64,000 nt of DNA from Tubiluchus corallicola (taxonomy: Eukaryota; Animalia; Priapulida), in assembly GCA_030141605.1 (NCBI GenBank), contig JAQGDQ010001068.1, forward strand, positions 1-64,000. The letters run 5' to 3'. The notes beneath the pieces were generated by a model. The model was not told where the DNA came from and did not search any database. It saw nothing but the letters and a program-made list of their open reading frames with translations. Of this stretch, positions 13,009 through 23,691 are shown in pieces. The stretch's first letter is position 1. Each line of letters begins with the position of its first letter. Both the position numbers and the translations under genes were made by a program.

Positions 13009-13724
13009 CAGTACGTTCTCGCTTAATGACACATCTTTTAACGAAGTTTCGTTTTAACGACACCAATCATTTGACAGCTTTTCTTTACTTAACGACGCAC
13101 GTTTTGCTTTAACGACTATTTTTTTACTTTGCTCAAGGCAAATTTTTATTTGATTAATAAAATTTTCAACTAATTTGATGCATTAAAACAGCACCTATTG
13201 TGTTATTCTGTTCTGTAAAACACACCAGGAATGTAAACAGTGTAATTATTATACATGTTTTTGCTTCCCGACTGACTACTGACTCACTACTGTATTACCA
13301 GTGGTTTGTGCATCAAGTGACTAGCGAGTAATTTTGTCTGCAACCTGTTGCTATAGCAACCAGACTAAGAACGTAGACAAAATTCCCAAGGTTGCCCCAG
13401 GGCTTGGTTTGACTCCCCAGTGTTTATTGTTCAACCCCTGACAAGGCTTAAACATTAACGAAAGAGAAACCCCTATAGCTAGGTATTGGTAGGTTAAATA
13501 TATAGGTGGTTTTAGGCAAACAGGAAGACATTAACCAGTAGAAATGTGAATAAAACTCATAGAATGTTTAACTTATATGATTTAAGCAGTCTTGATTTTT
13601 GTCTCTGGAACGTTTCTCAATTCTTTTACTTTGCTTCCTATGCAAGTCGGCTTCGCATAACGACATTTTGCTTAACGTCACATTTCGCTGAAATGCATTA
13701 GCGTCGTTAAGCGAAGAATTACTG
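13009..13724. mobile_element. Tc1/mariner (pogo/Tigger-like) MITE
   Basis: TA|cagtacgttctcgcttaatgac...gtcgttaagcgaagaattactg|TA with subterminal ttaacgac repeats. Confidence 0.75.
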
Positions 13725-14237
13725 TACTTCTTTGTTTAATATGGCACGTTGTTAATATCGATTGTCATAAAACTTTAGCTACATACAATAGCAGGCCTAC
13801 ACATGGTAAAATATGATTTCTGCAGCAAAATATAGACCTTTTAACGTTAAAAATATTCTTAGATTGAAAAGATGAATATAACTATGTTGCTAACTGTAAA
13901 ATATTCCAATGTATACATGACTTTATATTACGTACTAAACGCTTCCAGTAGTTTCTATCTGATATGAAATGCATCAGTCTCAAATATTCGTACGTAAATA
14001 TTTTCTAACCGTCATTTTCTACTAATGTCTAATGCATTCTTGTAGGAAAACTTGTCAGCTTGTGTAGTTATAGTCTATTCTTACTGTAAATGTTTTTGTA
14101 AATAGTGTATAAAGTCTGTTGTGCTGAGGATCCTAAATCATGTTGTTCAAACTGTCTGATCCAATCCTATAATAAATTATGTTTAAACTAAAAATATTCT
14201 GCGTGTATAAGGATGTGTAATTCTTATTCCTCTACAG

Positions 14238-14350
14238 ATGGGAGTTTGATTCAAAACACTCACTAGCACACGCTGTGTGGAGGGCGTTTCATGATCACAG
14301 ACTTGTCACGGTGCAAGACGTTGACCCCTGGGTATATGAGGTCATGGACG
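14238..14350 (+). CDS. gene 1 exon C
   Basis: ctacag acceptor and gtaagt donor; WEFDSKHSLAHAVWRAFHDHRLVTVQDVDPWVYEVMD; phase 2-1. Confidence 0.8.
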
Positions 14351-14775
14351 GTAAGTCCCCGTTGGTTTTATTGATTCGACATCTTCTGGCATACAATGAA
14401 TGATCCGTACAAGCCCCAAACAGCTACTCGTAAATACGGTTTCTTTCCTCGGATCTTTTATCTGCGGATTTCTTTTAAAGAAACTCGCTTCCCTGTTATC
14501 TGGCATCTGGTATCACTAGCAACTGCAGTCAACACCTTAACACCGTTAAGTAACATCATTAGCCTTTTTTCTATGCTGTATGTACTAAGTAAGTCAGGTA
14601 CGATAGCCTTAATTGATCGCTAAATGTGACCTAAACTTTTCTTAATTGTTTTGTTAATATTTGATTAGTAATTAGTAATTAACAGTCATTAAATTCTAGA
14701 AGAATTTTGCGCCCTCCCACTCGTGTGCGCTGTTGTGTTAAAATGCATCAGATTAATTCTCTGTTTTAACTTCAG

Positions 14776-15027
14776 GTCCAGGCAGAGGAAAGGATAACAT
14801 CATCGATTCGTTTGCTTACCACATAACAGATGGCGTCAGGTCTGTCATCATGGACGACAACCTTTGTCGCTGCAACACGCTGCTGCTAATGGGCAGGGAA
14901 ATGTGTCTGACCAGAACTCTGCCAGAGAAAGAGAGATCAGAGCGCTACGGCGTCGGTTCGTTGACGTCGACGCAGTGCGATGTGGACGAACCGAGCACCC
15001 ATAAAGGACTGACTTTGTTTTTTAATG
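14776..15027 (+). CDS. gene 1 exon D
   Basis: ttcag acceptor and gtatgt donor; GPGRGKDNIIDSFAYHITDGVRSVIMDDNLCRCNTLLLMGREMC...QCDVDEPSTHKGLTLFFN; phase 1-1. Confidence 0.8.
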
Positions 15028-15101
15028 GTATGTGGCATATAGATCTCTTGAAAACCATTGTTAACAATTTGAACTAGCTAAGTCTATATTTGAGTTAACG
15101 T

Positions 15102-15104
<3 letters not shown>

Positions 15105-15152
<48 letters not shown>

Positions 15153-15518
15153 GCTCTCCCTCTCTATCTCTTTCTCTCTGTATGTCTCCCTTTCTCTCTC
15201 TCTCTTTCCCCCTCTCTTTCTCTCTCTATCTCTTTCTTCCCTCTCTCTCTTTCTCTCTCTCTCCCCCTCTCTCTTTCTCTTTTTCTCTCTCTCTTTCTTA
15301 CTCTCTCTACCTCTTTCTCTCTTTCCCTCTCTCTATCTTTCTCTCTCTCTCTCTCTCTTGCTCTCTCTACCTCTACCTCTTTCTCCCTCTCTCTCTCTCT
15401 CTTTCTTTCTCTCTCTCTCTCTCTCTCGCTCGCCCCTCTCCCTCTCTCTCGCTTTCTCTACCTCTCTTTCTCTCTCCCTCTGTCTTTCTCTCTCTCCCTC
15501 TCTCTCTCTCTCTTTCTC
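15105..15518. repeat. (CT)n microsatellite tract
   Basis: Direct reading; further CT/GA tracts at 16276-16337 and 16396-16714. Confidence 0.9.
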
Positions 15519-16273
15519 TGGCATGTAAAACTTATAGTTAAATAAATCTGCTACAAAAATATGATGCCTGCCATTAAGCAAAAATTAGTCATTTACACCA
15601 CCAGAAGTCACCAGAGTTATTGGAATGACTTAAGGGAAGACAGGATGATTTTTCATATACTACCCCACTTTCAAGTCCAATAAAAAGTGCACACCTTAAC
15701 ACAATTAATACTGCAAAAGCGTTTCTGATGATTAAATAAAAGATTAAAAACTTAATTAATGGCGAGTGAGCCCAACTATTGATGACATCACAAATTGGGG
15801 TGTTAGTGCATTTCCTAAAGTTCCAGAATTGTTTTGAACTTTCATTTGCGATTGATGCAACAAATTTTATTAATTTCTGCAATCGAAGACCTTTGGCACA
15901 TAAACACAGATAAATAAACATGTGCTGACACCTGCTGTTAAAATTGTTTATTATTACAACTTCGCTCAAGTTTAATCAAAGTTATGGTCTCAGGTTGTGA
16001 CGAAATCGTAGTTTTCATTCCTATACGAAAATAAGATTGGTAGTTATCAATCAGATTTATTGAAATTCAGTGGCATATAAAATACTAATTGAATTCATAT
16101 AAAATTAAGGAAATTTATACAGTATATGAGTAATGGTTCTTCCAATGTGAGATTTAGCAGAGCTTTGAGAACCTTTTAATGGTATGTGGCGCATAGATCT
16201 CTTAAACGCTTAAGACCTTTTGAAAACTATTGCTAACAATTTGAACTAGCTAAGTCTATATTTGAGTTAACGT

Positions 16274-16339
<66 letters not shown>

Positions 16340-16650
16340 CATGTAAAACTTATAGTTAAATAAATCTGCTACAAAAATATGATGCCAGCCATTAAGGGGA
16401 GGGAGAGGGGGAGGGACGGAAAGAGAAAGAGAGAAAGAGAGGGAGAGAGAGTGAGGGAGGGAGGAGAGAGAGAGAGAGAGAAAGAGAAAGGGAGGGAGAG
16501 AGAGAGGGGGGAGAGGGAGGGAGGAAGAGAGAGAGAGAGGGGGGAGAAAGGGAGACAAAGGAAGAGAAGAGGAGAGAGAGGGAGAGAGAGAAAGCGAGAA
16601 AGTGAGAGAGAGAGAGAGAGAGAGAGGAGGAAGAAAGACAGAGAGGCGGG

Positions 16651-16718
<68 letters not shown>

Positions 16719-16922
16719 CGTAAATAAATAAAAACAAATAGCTAAACTAGAAAAGGTAATGAAAAGGTGGAAGAAAAGGAACAATGATCTTCAAGAGACT
16801 CCAGAGATATACACTGAATATAAATACGTCAATTGGTCGATTGGGGCACCTCCTCCCCCTTGTAATGTTAATGTCCTCCAAAGACATCTTGCACTCATCT
16901 AAGATCTTGTTTTTTTATACAG

Positions 16923-18619
16923 ATGATGCCGACGAAGTTGACAGAAAAAAGCACAAATTGAGTGCACTTCTAACCCCCAAAAATGGAGAAGAAGAAAGAG
17001 GAGAAAGAGACAGAGCAAGAGCAAATGGCAGAGTGGTAAATAAGAAGGAGCCTGCCAAACCGAAGACGGCAAATGTTGCAAAAGACGTAGACGTCATAAA
17101 GACAAAAAAGGCAGCCCCGGCAACTGTTGAAGAGAAGAAGCAAAGCACACCCGAAAAGAAACCCCAAGCTAAAGTTAGCAATACGAAAGTTCAGGCAGCT
17201 GAGTTGAGGTTGCCCAGAAAGAAAATAATAAAGATCAGACGTCGCCGCCCAACTACGTCCGCAGAAGAAGATGAGAGTCCAGAAAGCGAGGTCCCTCAAG
17301 ACATCACTCTGCAAGAGTTTCCGGCCGGTATATATCCGGCAGAAGCACGTATCGCCGAAAAGTTCTTCTCCCAGCCAGCGCAAGGGTACTACCCTCAACA
17401 AGTACCACATGGATATTATCCCGCTCCACAAGGATATGCTCCTGGAGCTTACGTGGCGGGGACAGATCCACGGATAGCAGCATATTACAGCCAGTACTCA
17501 CCATCTTCTGTTTACGGGCTACAGCAGTCGGGATACGGTCAGACGAATGCCTATCCACAGACTTCTCCTCCGGCTGTATCAAGATCATCACGAACAGGAA
17601 GACCCGTTGTGTCATACCAACCAGCAGTTCACCAACAACCAGGTGTACATGGTCTGTATGGGCGTGCGCCGACTTACGCTCCCCAATATGCATCTAGGGG
17701 TGCATATGGATCGGGGCAATCCGTGCCCCAAAAAGCCCGTCTCCAAAGCAAAGAAGCAAGGTACTACCAAGCTAGGTCCCCGTACCCTGCCACGCAACCC
17801 GCTACTGGATATTCTAGTTTATCCCAGCCAGGAGCACCCAGCCCGATTCAACCTGCTGGGCTTACAAAAGTACCAGCCGGCAGGATAGCCCCACCTGATT
17901 ACCCAGATTATGGGGATTATGTGGGATATCAACGGCCACCTGAACCCCCAAAATCGCTAGGCCTCACGAAGGTATCTGGAGCCAACCTAGCTAGGACGTT
18001 TCAGACACAGCAAAGGCGGCGACTTCGCCCTGCTGGAGGTTATTACGGGCGACCACCTGTAGCGGCGCCACAACCACAGCAGTTTGGTTTAGTTAAGGTA
18101 TCGGGGCGAAGCATAAATCCAGGTCCTCGTTATCCAGATTATCCTGATTATCCCGATTACGGTGGCGGTGCTCCTGGGGGTGGATATGGACCACCAGATT
18201 TAAGTGACAAACCATTCGGTTTGGTGAAGGTAAGCGGGTCCCACGGTACGGGGAAACGTAGAAGAGGACACCGTCTCCTACCAGGTATTCCGGACAGACC
18301 AGCGAAGAAGAAAGGTGGTGGAAAATGGTTAATTCCAGGCTACAACGGTCCACAAAGCAAACAGAATGAACAACCTGATCCACATGCTGGTCATAATCAC
18401 GGCGGGTTGCCATATCCCGACTACGGTGACTATGGTGGCTACGGTATACCGCCAGAGTATGGCGCACGGCAAGTAGGCGTACCTGGTTTGGGCCCACGAC
18501 AATCAGGTTTGGGACCAGAATACGGTGACCATGCTGCTCGTTTTAATTCAAATCGGAATCAACAGACAGCGCCCGCTCCATACTATGGCATTCCTCAAGG
18601 AATTGTTAGAAGAGGTTAG
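16923..18619 (+). CDS. gene 1 terminal exon: Lys-rich segment, then Tyr/Gly/Pro/Gln-rich repetitive region (putative extracellular structural protein)
   Basis: ttttttatacag acceptor in phase 1 with exon D; 1.7-kb open frame; repeated YPDY(G) and GL(T/V)KVSG motifs; TAG at 18617-18619. Confidence 0.85.
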
Positions 18620-18842
18620 AAATAATTTCAGACATTTTACACCTAATCTCTCCCAGCAACTTTCCTCTCTTCCAGTTTACTGATGTTGACGTTTTAATAC
18701 CATGGTCATTGTTAGTATAGTCATGGGATAATTTTATAGTTTTCTAAGAATTTTGAGTTAACAGGTGGAATGAAACGGATGGCAGGTGCTAGGGTCTACG
18801 AACTTTCCACAAATGGAGGACATCCCTGTCAGGTTTCGAATA

Positions 18843-19816
18843 CAGTGTTCCCTCACATATCGTGGGTGTTCTATTCCAGGCTCACCCGCGATAAGTGAAT
18901 TTCCGCGAAGTAGGGACGCTATACTTATTTTAGTAGTTACACATTATTTTAAGACTTTATAAACCCTCCCCACACTCTTATAGATAACCCTTTCCCATTC
19001 CCTTAACAACTTTTCCCATACTGTACATGTACCTTTTAGCATCTCAAGCAGGCGCAAGTACTCTACGGAGTACCGCAAAAACCCGCGAAACAGCGAAAGG
19101 ATATGACAACCACATATGGAGGATGTCACTGCTAGATTTAGAATAATGTCACAAATGATTACTGTCTTAACTATTTTCCATACACACAGCGAAAGTTTGC
19201 AGTGATCCATCGGTACTTCGCGATTCGTTTATCGGGCACTTGCTGCTTTGTGGGTTTTCAAAAATATTAATGTAAAATATTTATCGCGGTATTTTTTGCT
19301 GTTTCGTGGGTTTTTGCAGTACTCCGTCTAAAGTATTTTTGCACATGCGTAGTACGTATTGTATACGTACAGCAATGCATAGATTTGATGAATTTTGCAT
19401 AAAAAATCACAAAATGTATAAAAATATATTAAAAATATTAATTCTAACATTAAAAGAATATTATAAATCATAAAAATTTCCATTTACAGTAAATAGTGTA
19501 TTTATTCGGCGGATGAATACACACCAAAAACAAAATGTAGTACTTGCGCCCGTTTGAGATGCTTCTTGCCGACGTGAGATTGTACACAACACACGATTGA
19601 TTGATTGATGGAAAACTTTTTAAAAGGTACATGTACAGTCTGGGAAAATTTATTAAGGGTATGAGAACGGATTATGTATAAGAATGTGGTGAGGGTTTAT
19701 AAAGACTTAAAATAATGTATAACTACTAAAATAAATATAGCGTTCCTACTTCACGGAAATTCACTTATCGCGGATGGGCCTGGAATGGAACACACGCGAT
19801 AAGTGAGGAAACACTA
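18843..19816. mobile_element. pogo/Tigger-like MITE with long (~200+ bp) inverted arms
   Basis: TA|cagtgttccctcacatatcg...cgataagtgaggaaacact(a)|TA; arm 18843-19060 matches ~19540-19816 in reverse. Confidence 0.8.
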
Positions 19817-20425
19817 TATTCGAAACCTGAAAGAGATGTCCTCCATCTATGGAAAGTTCGTAGACCCTAGCACCTGCCATCCGTTTCGCTCCACCTGTTG
19901 TTTCAAAATTCCTAGAGATATACAAATTTATCAATTGATTTAGCGCTGTTTCAAGATTTAATTTGAAGGAACTACGTCGAGATTTTTCAGCGTTCTTGTA
20001 TTCTCCTGTTCTTCTCGACAAAATCAATTTTTAGAACTGGTTGTATAGTTGAAAATTTTGCAACTTTAGTTGTAAGTGTGCCTCGCTTTACGACTAAAAG
20101 GAGAAGAAAATGCTTTACCTATGTAGACGAAAACAAGCCTACCTGATTTTACTATAATACTGTTTGTTGAGAATATTTTTTATGCAAAGGTTACCCATGC
20201 TTCCAATATGTACTAAACTTACAAGCACTAAATTCCTGTGCACAATGTTGTTATCGTGATAAGAGTTCTGTTACAAGTGTTATGTGGTATTACATGTTAT
20301 GGCCTAAACGAAACTATTATGTAACATAGAATATCGATAGTAAATTGAAAAATTATTATTATTGTTACGAAATACATTGATCGAGAAACGTTTTGTTGTT
20401 TGTTTTGTTTCTTCGAGGATTAGCA

Positions 20426-20426
20426 G

Positions 20427-20480
<54 letters not shown>

Positions 20481-20484
20481 ACTG

Positions 20485-20547
<63 letters not shown>

Positions 20548-20577
20548 TTACTACAACAACAACTACTACTACCACTG

Positions 20578-20650
<73 letters not shown>

Positions 20651-20690
20651 CACTACACCACTACTACTACCACCACCACCACTACTACTA
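20426..20690. repeat. (CTG)n(CTA)n microsatellite
   Basis: Direct reading. Confidence 0.95.
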
Positions 20691-20989
20691 CGTATCAATT
20701 TTTTCCACCACGTGTGGAAGGCTGTCCAGACTGTTAATGGTAAATGCTTTTGCCAAAGTTTGATAATCGGGAAAAATATCGTAGTCACGTTAACTAAACC
20801 ACGTACGGTTTGCTACGCCGAATTCTACATCGCTATTTGCTATTGATGCTTTAAAGGAAGACAGGCTGATTTTTCATACACTACCCATTTACAAATTCGA
20901 TTTTAAGCATACATTTTAACACAATTACTGCGGCAAAAGCGTTTCAAATAATTAGATAACAGATTAAAAACTTAATTAACAGCGGGCTT

Positions 20990-21285
20990 TAACACTCCTC
21001 TTTAGTATGGAGGAAATTAAGAACTTTATGACCAGAAGAGCAAAGATTTGGGCGAACTTTGAAACAACGTTCTAGATCCTCTGAGCAACTAGAAGAAGCC
21101 ATTTAGGAAAATAACGAAGCTAATTATAGGCTTATAACTAAAACACCAGAATCCTATTAAACGTTTTAATTTACTTAGTTACAAAGAAATCATGTCAAAC
21201 ATTTCGACAGAGCTACTGCTGTCATCATCAGTGGCAAATGTTTACAAACATACAACCAGTTTATATAGACAGAGCCTATTAATTA
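20990..21285 (-). mobile_element. Penelope-like element pseudo-LTR fragment
   Basis: Minus strand reads tatataaa, then a hammerhead-like core (ctgatga...gaaa), then aattaaa, then a short ATG-initiated frame; this order is typical of PLE pseudo-LTRs. Confidence 0.5.
21193..21236 (-). ncRNA. degenerate minimal hammerhead ribozyme motif
   Basis: tgcca CTGATGA t gacag cagtagct ctgtc GAAA tg TT tgaca: intact core and a 5-bp stem II, with weak stems I and III. Confidence 0.5.
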
Positions 21286-21309
21286 AGTAATTATGCAGTA
21301 GTTAACAGA

Positions 21310-21600
21310 AGCCAAATAGGCAGTGAATAAGCAGACCAGTAGAAAAGAAATTGATACAGTAAATTATGCACTAATTATGTATTTACAAAAAGCCAAATAG
21401 GTAATGATTAAGCAGACCAGTAAAAAAAATTGATACAGTAAATTATGCACTGAATATGTATTTACAAAAAGCCAAATAGGTAATGAACAAGCAGACCAGT
21501 AAAAAAAATTTATACAGTAAATTATGCACTGAATATGTATTTGCAAAAAGTCAAAAAGGTAATGAATAAGCAGACCTGTAGAAAAGAAATTGATACAACA
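21310..21600. repeat. ~80-bp tandem repeat, ~3.6 copies
   Basis: gccaaataggtaatgaataagcagaccagt...aaattatgcactgaatatgtatttac recurs at ~21311, 21392, 21471 and 21551. Confidence 0.85.
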
Positions 21601-21725
21601 ACAAAGAACAAAGAACTAAGTGAAAATGAACTTAAAGGAATTGAACTACTTTGTACACTAACAGAAGGCTTATTAGGGTACATAGGTAAACTTTTTTTAT
21701 TAATGAGTCCCATTTATTTGTATGT

Positions 21726-22305
21726 CTTTATAGGGTCACGATTTTTTACAACCGATTTTGGTAACGGGGGGTGTAAAAACTTAACCCGTAAATTCGTAAA
21801 TTACTTTTGATAAACCGCCGTGTTTCATTAGTAAACAGCAACAGCATAATTTGTGGTTATGCTGACCACCATAGGATACATTATACCTCTGCTTAAAGAC
21901 ATGTGACTTACTAGTAACACGAAATTTAAATTCACTTAGTGACGTTCCCTTATCTATGCTGGAATAGCTGTAGACAACCGACATTGCTAGCGCGTGTGCA
22001 AAAATCTTTGTTATTTTGAATTTATTGTCTACTACTTTCTACTTTTAGGTGGGGTAATTTGAGTAACTGACATTTTGTTTTATCGGATACATCGCCCGTA
22101 TAATGTATAGACAAGCGAAGTAAAGTTTCGACAATTTAAAAAAATCCACATATTGCATTTTCACTTTTATTTCGTTGTGAGACAATGCGCCTAAAATAAA
22201 TAACTGAAAGTATTTTGTGCACAAAACATATTTAGAAAAAGTCATAGAAAGGGTTTACTGGGATGCGTATGGTAAAAGGGTAAACCTCCGGTGACCCTAT
22301 AAGGG
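21726..22305 (-). mobile_element. piggyBac-type MITE (copy of 48839-49455)
   Basis: Ends in gtgaccctataaggg|TTAA; the interior is the reverse complement of 48839-49455; the left end is eroded. Confidence 0.85.
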
Positions 22306-22799
22306 TTAATTAAAAAACGCCTAACACAATTCCAACCCGAAAAATGAGATCCACAAAGAGCTAAAACATCGTTGGCTGTTCATACTCACCATACACCAAG
22401 TAAATTCACTAACTGGATCTGCAAACTTTGAAAGAAAATATGCGTTGATTCAGTGGTAACTTTTTGCAAACATACAAACATTTTATATAGGCAAAGCCTA
22501 CAGTATAGAACATTGCACTAATTATGTAATTGTATTGTTTTTACTAAAAAAAATTTTAAATTCCTATAATAAAAAAAATTGTCTATTATTTGTTTCTATA
22601 AATGTTTTTCAGTGGCTGTGATAAAAATGACTAATATAAGTTCTTATAAACTTTGTAAATCTTGTAAAAAATCAACAAAACTAATTTAAATTCTAATAAA
22701 TTTTGTAATTTTTACTTGATGTTCTTTAATTGTCATTTTTTCAATAGCTATTTGTATTATATACATGTAAAAAGTTAAGGATATCAAACCACGGTATGC

Positions 22800-23505
22800 A
22801 AATTGCACAATAAATTCACGTGTGTTTCCAAATCAAAACCGTCCATTAGTTGGCATAGTTAAAGAAGATGATGATTCAAAGAAGAATGACAAAAAAATTT
22901 GGTCAAATGTCAATTTTATCTTTTTCATAAATTTATTATAATTATAGTCTTTTATATATTTATATTTATACAATCTTTTATAAACTAGCATAAAATTATC
23001 AAGAAGATTTTTAAAAAATACTGAAAATCTAATTTTATTGCCCTTTACCCAGTTTTTTGGCTAGAAACTAGTACTGCAATTGCAAAAAAACTTGCATTTT
23101 CAAACTCCGATTGTAGCTCTTGAAAGTTGTAATTTTGCTTCAGATTTTCTTTTTTGTCGATCCCAGATCTTCGTCAGAAAGAGCCATCTACTGGATATAA
23201 AGGTAACTTCAACATGTTCTGGCAAAGTCCATAGCAACCAACATTTGTGAGGTTGCTAATGCGTTTTGTAGAAATGTGACAAAAACAATGGCTGACTTTA
23301 ACTCTGATTTTCTCAAGGTTATGTCTTTCTGTGTGTAGCCTGCACCTCAACTTCAACGTGGATTATCTCAGCTTAGAAATAACATAGAGCGATGAACTTG
23401 GTATCAAAATCATCCTCATGAAATGGAGATTCAGGATATGTGAATAACTAGGAAAGTTTAATTGCTAACTTATGGACAATTTTGCTGTGCAAGCTCACAT
23501 ACACA
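22800..23505 (-). mobile_element. interspersed repeat family D copy
   Basis: Reverse complement of ~9274-9930. Confidence 0.65.
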
Positions 23506-23691
23506 GACACAAACTAAGTGACAATGAGAGACATCCCAACCACCACTAAGAAAGGCGTGGTTTGCACGCAAAATGAATCCGATCACAAAATGGAGGCATG
23601 GCTTTGCACTGCGTTGTACAATCTATATCTGTATAACGTCTTTCTTTGGTAATATTAATGTTTTAAATTAATTCAATTTTAATGGCCATAA

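Noticed and set aside
16784-16922. ORF-track N-terminus of the 611-aa ORF
   Set aside because: Most likely intronic read-through upstream of the acceptor at 16921-16922, which is in phase with exon D
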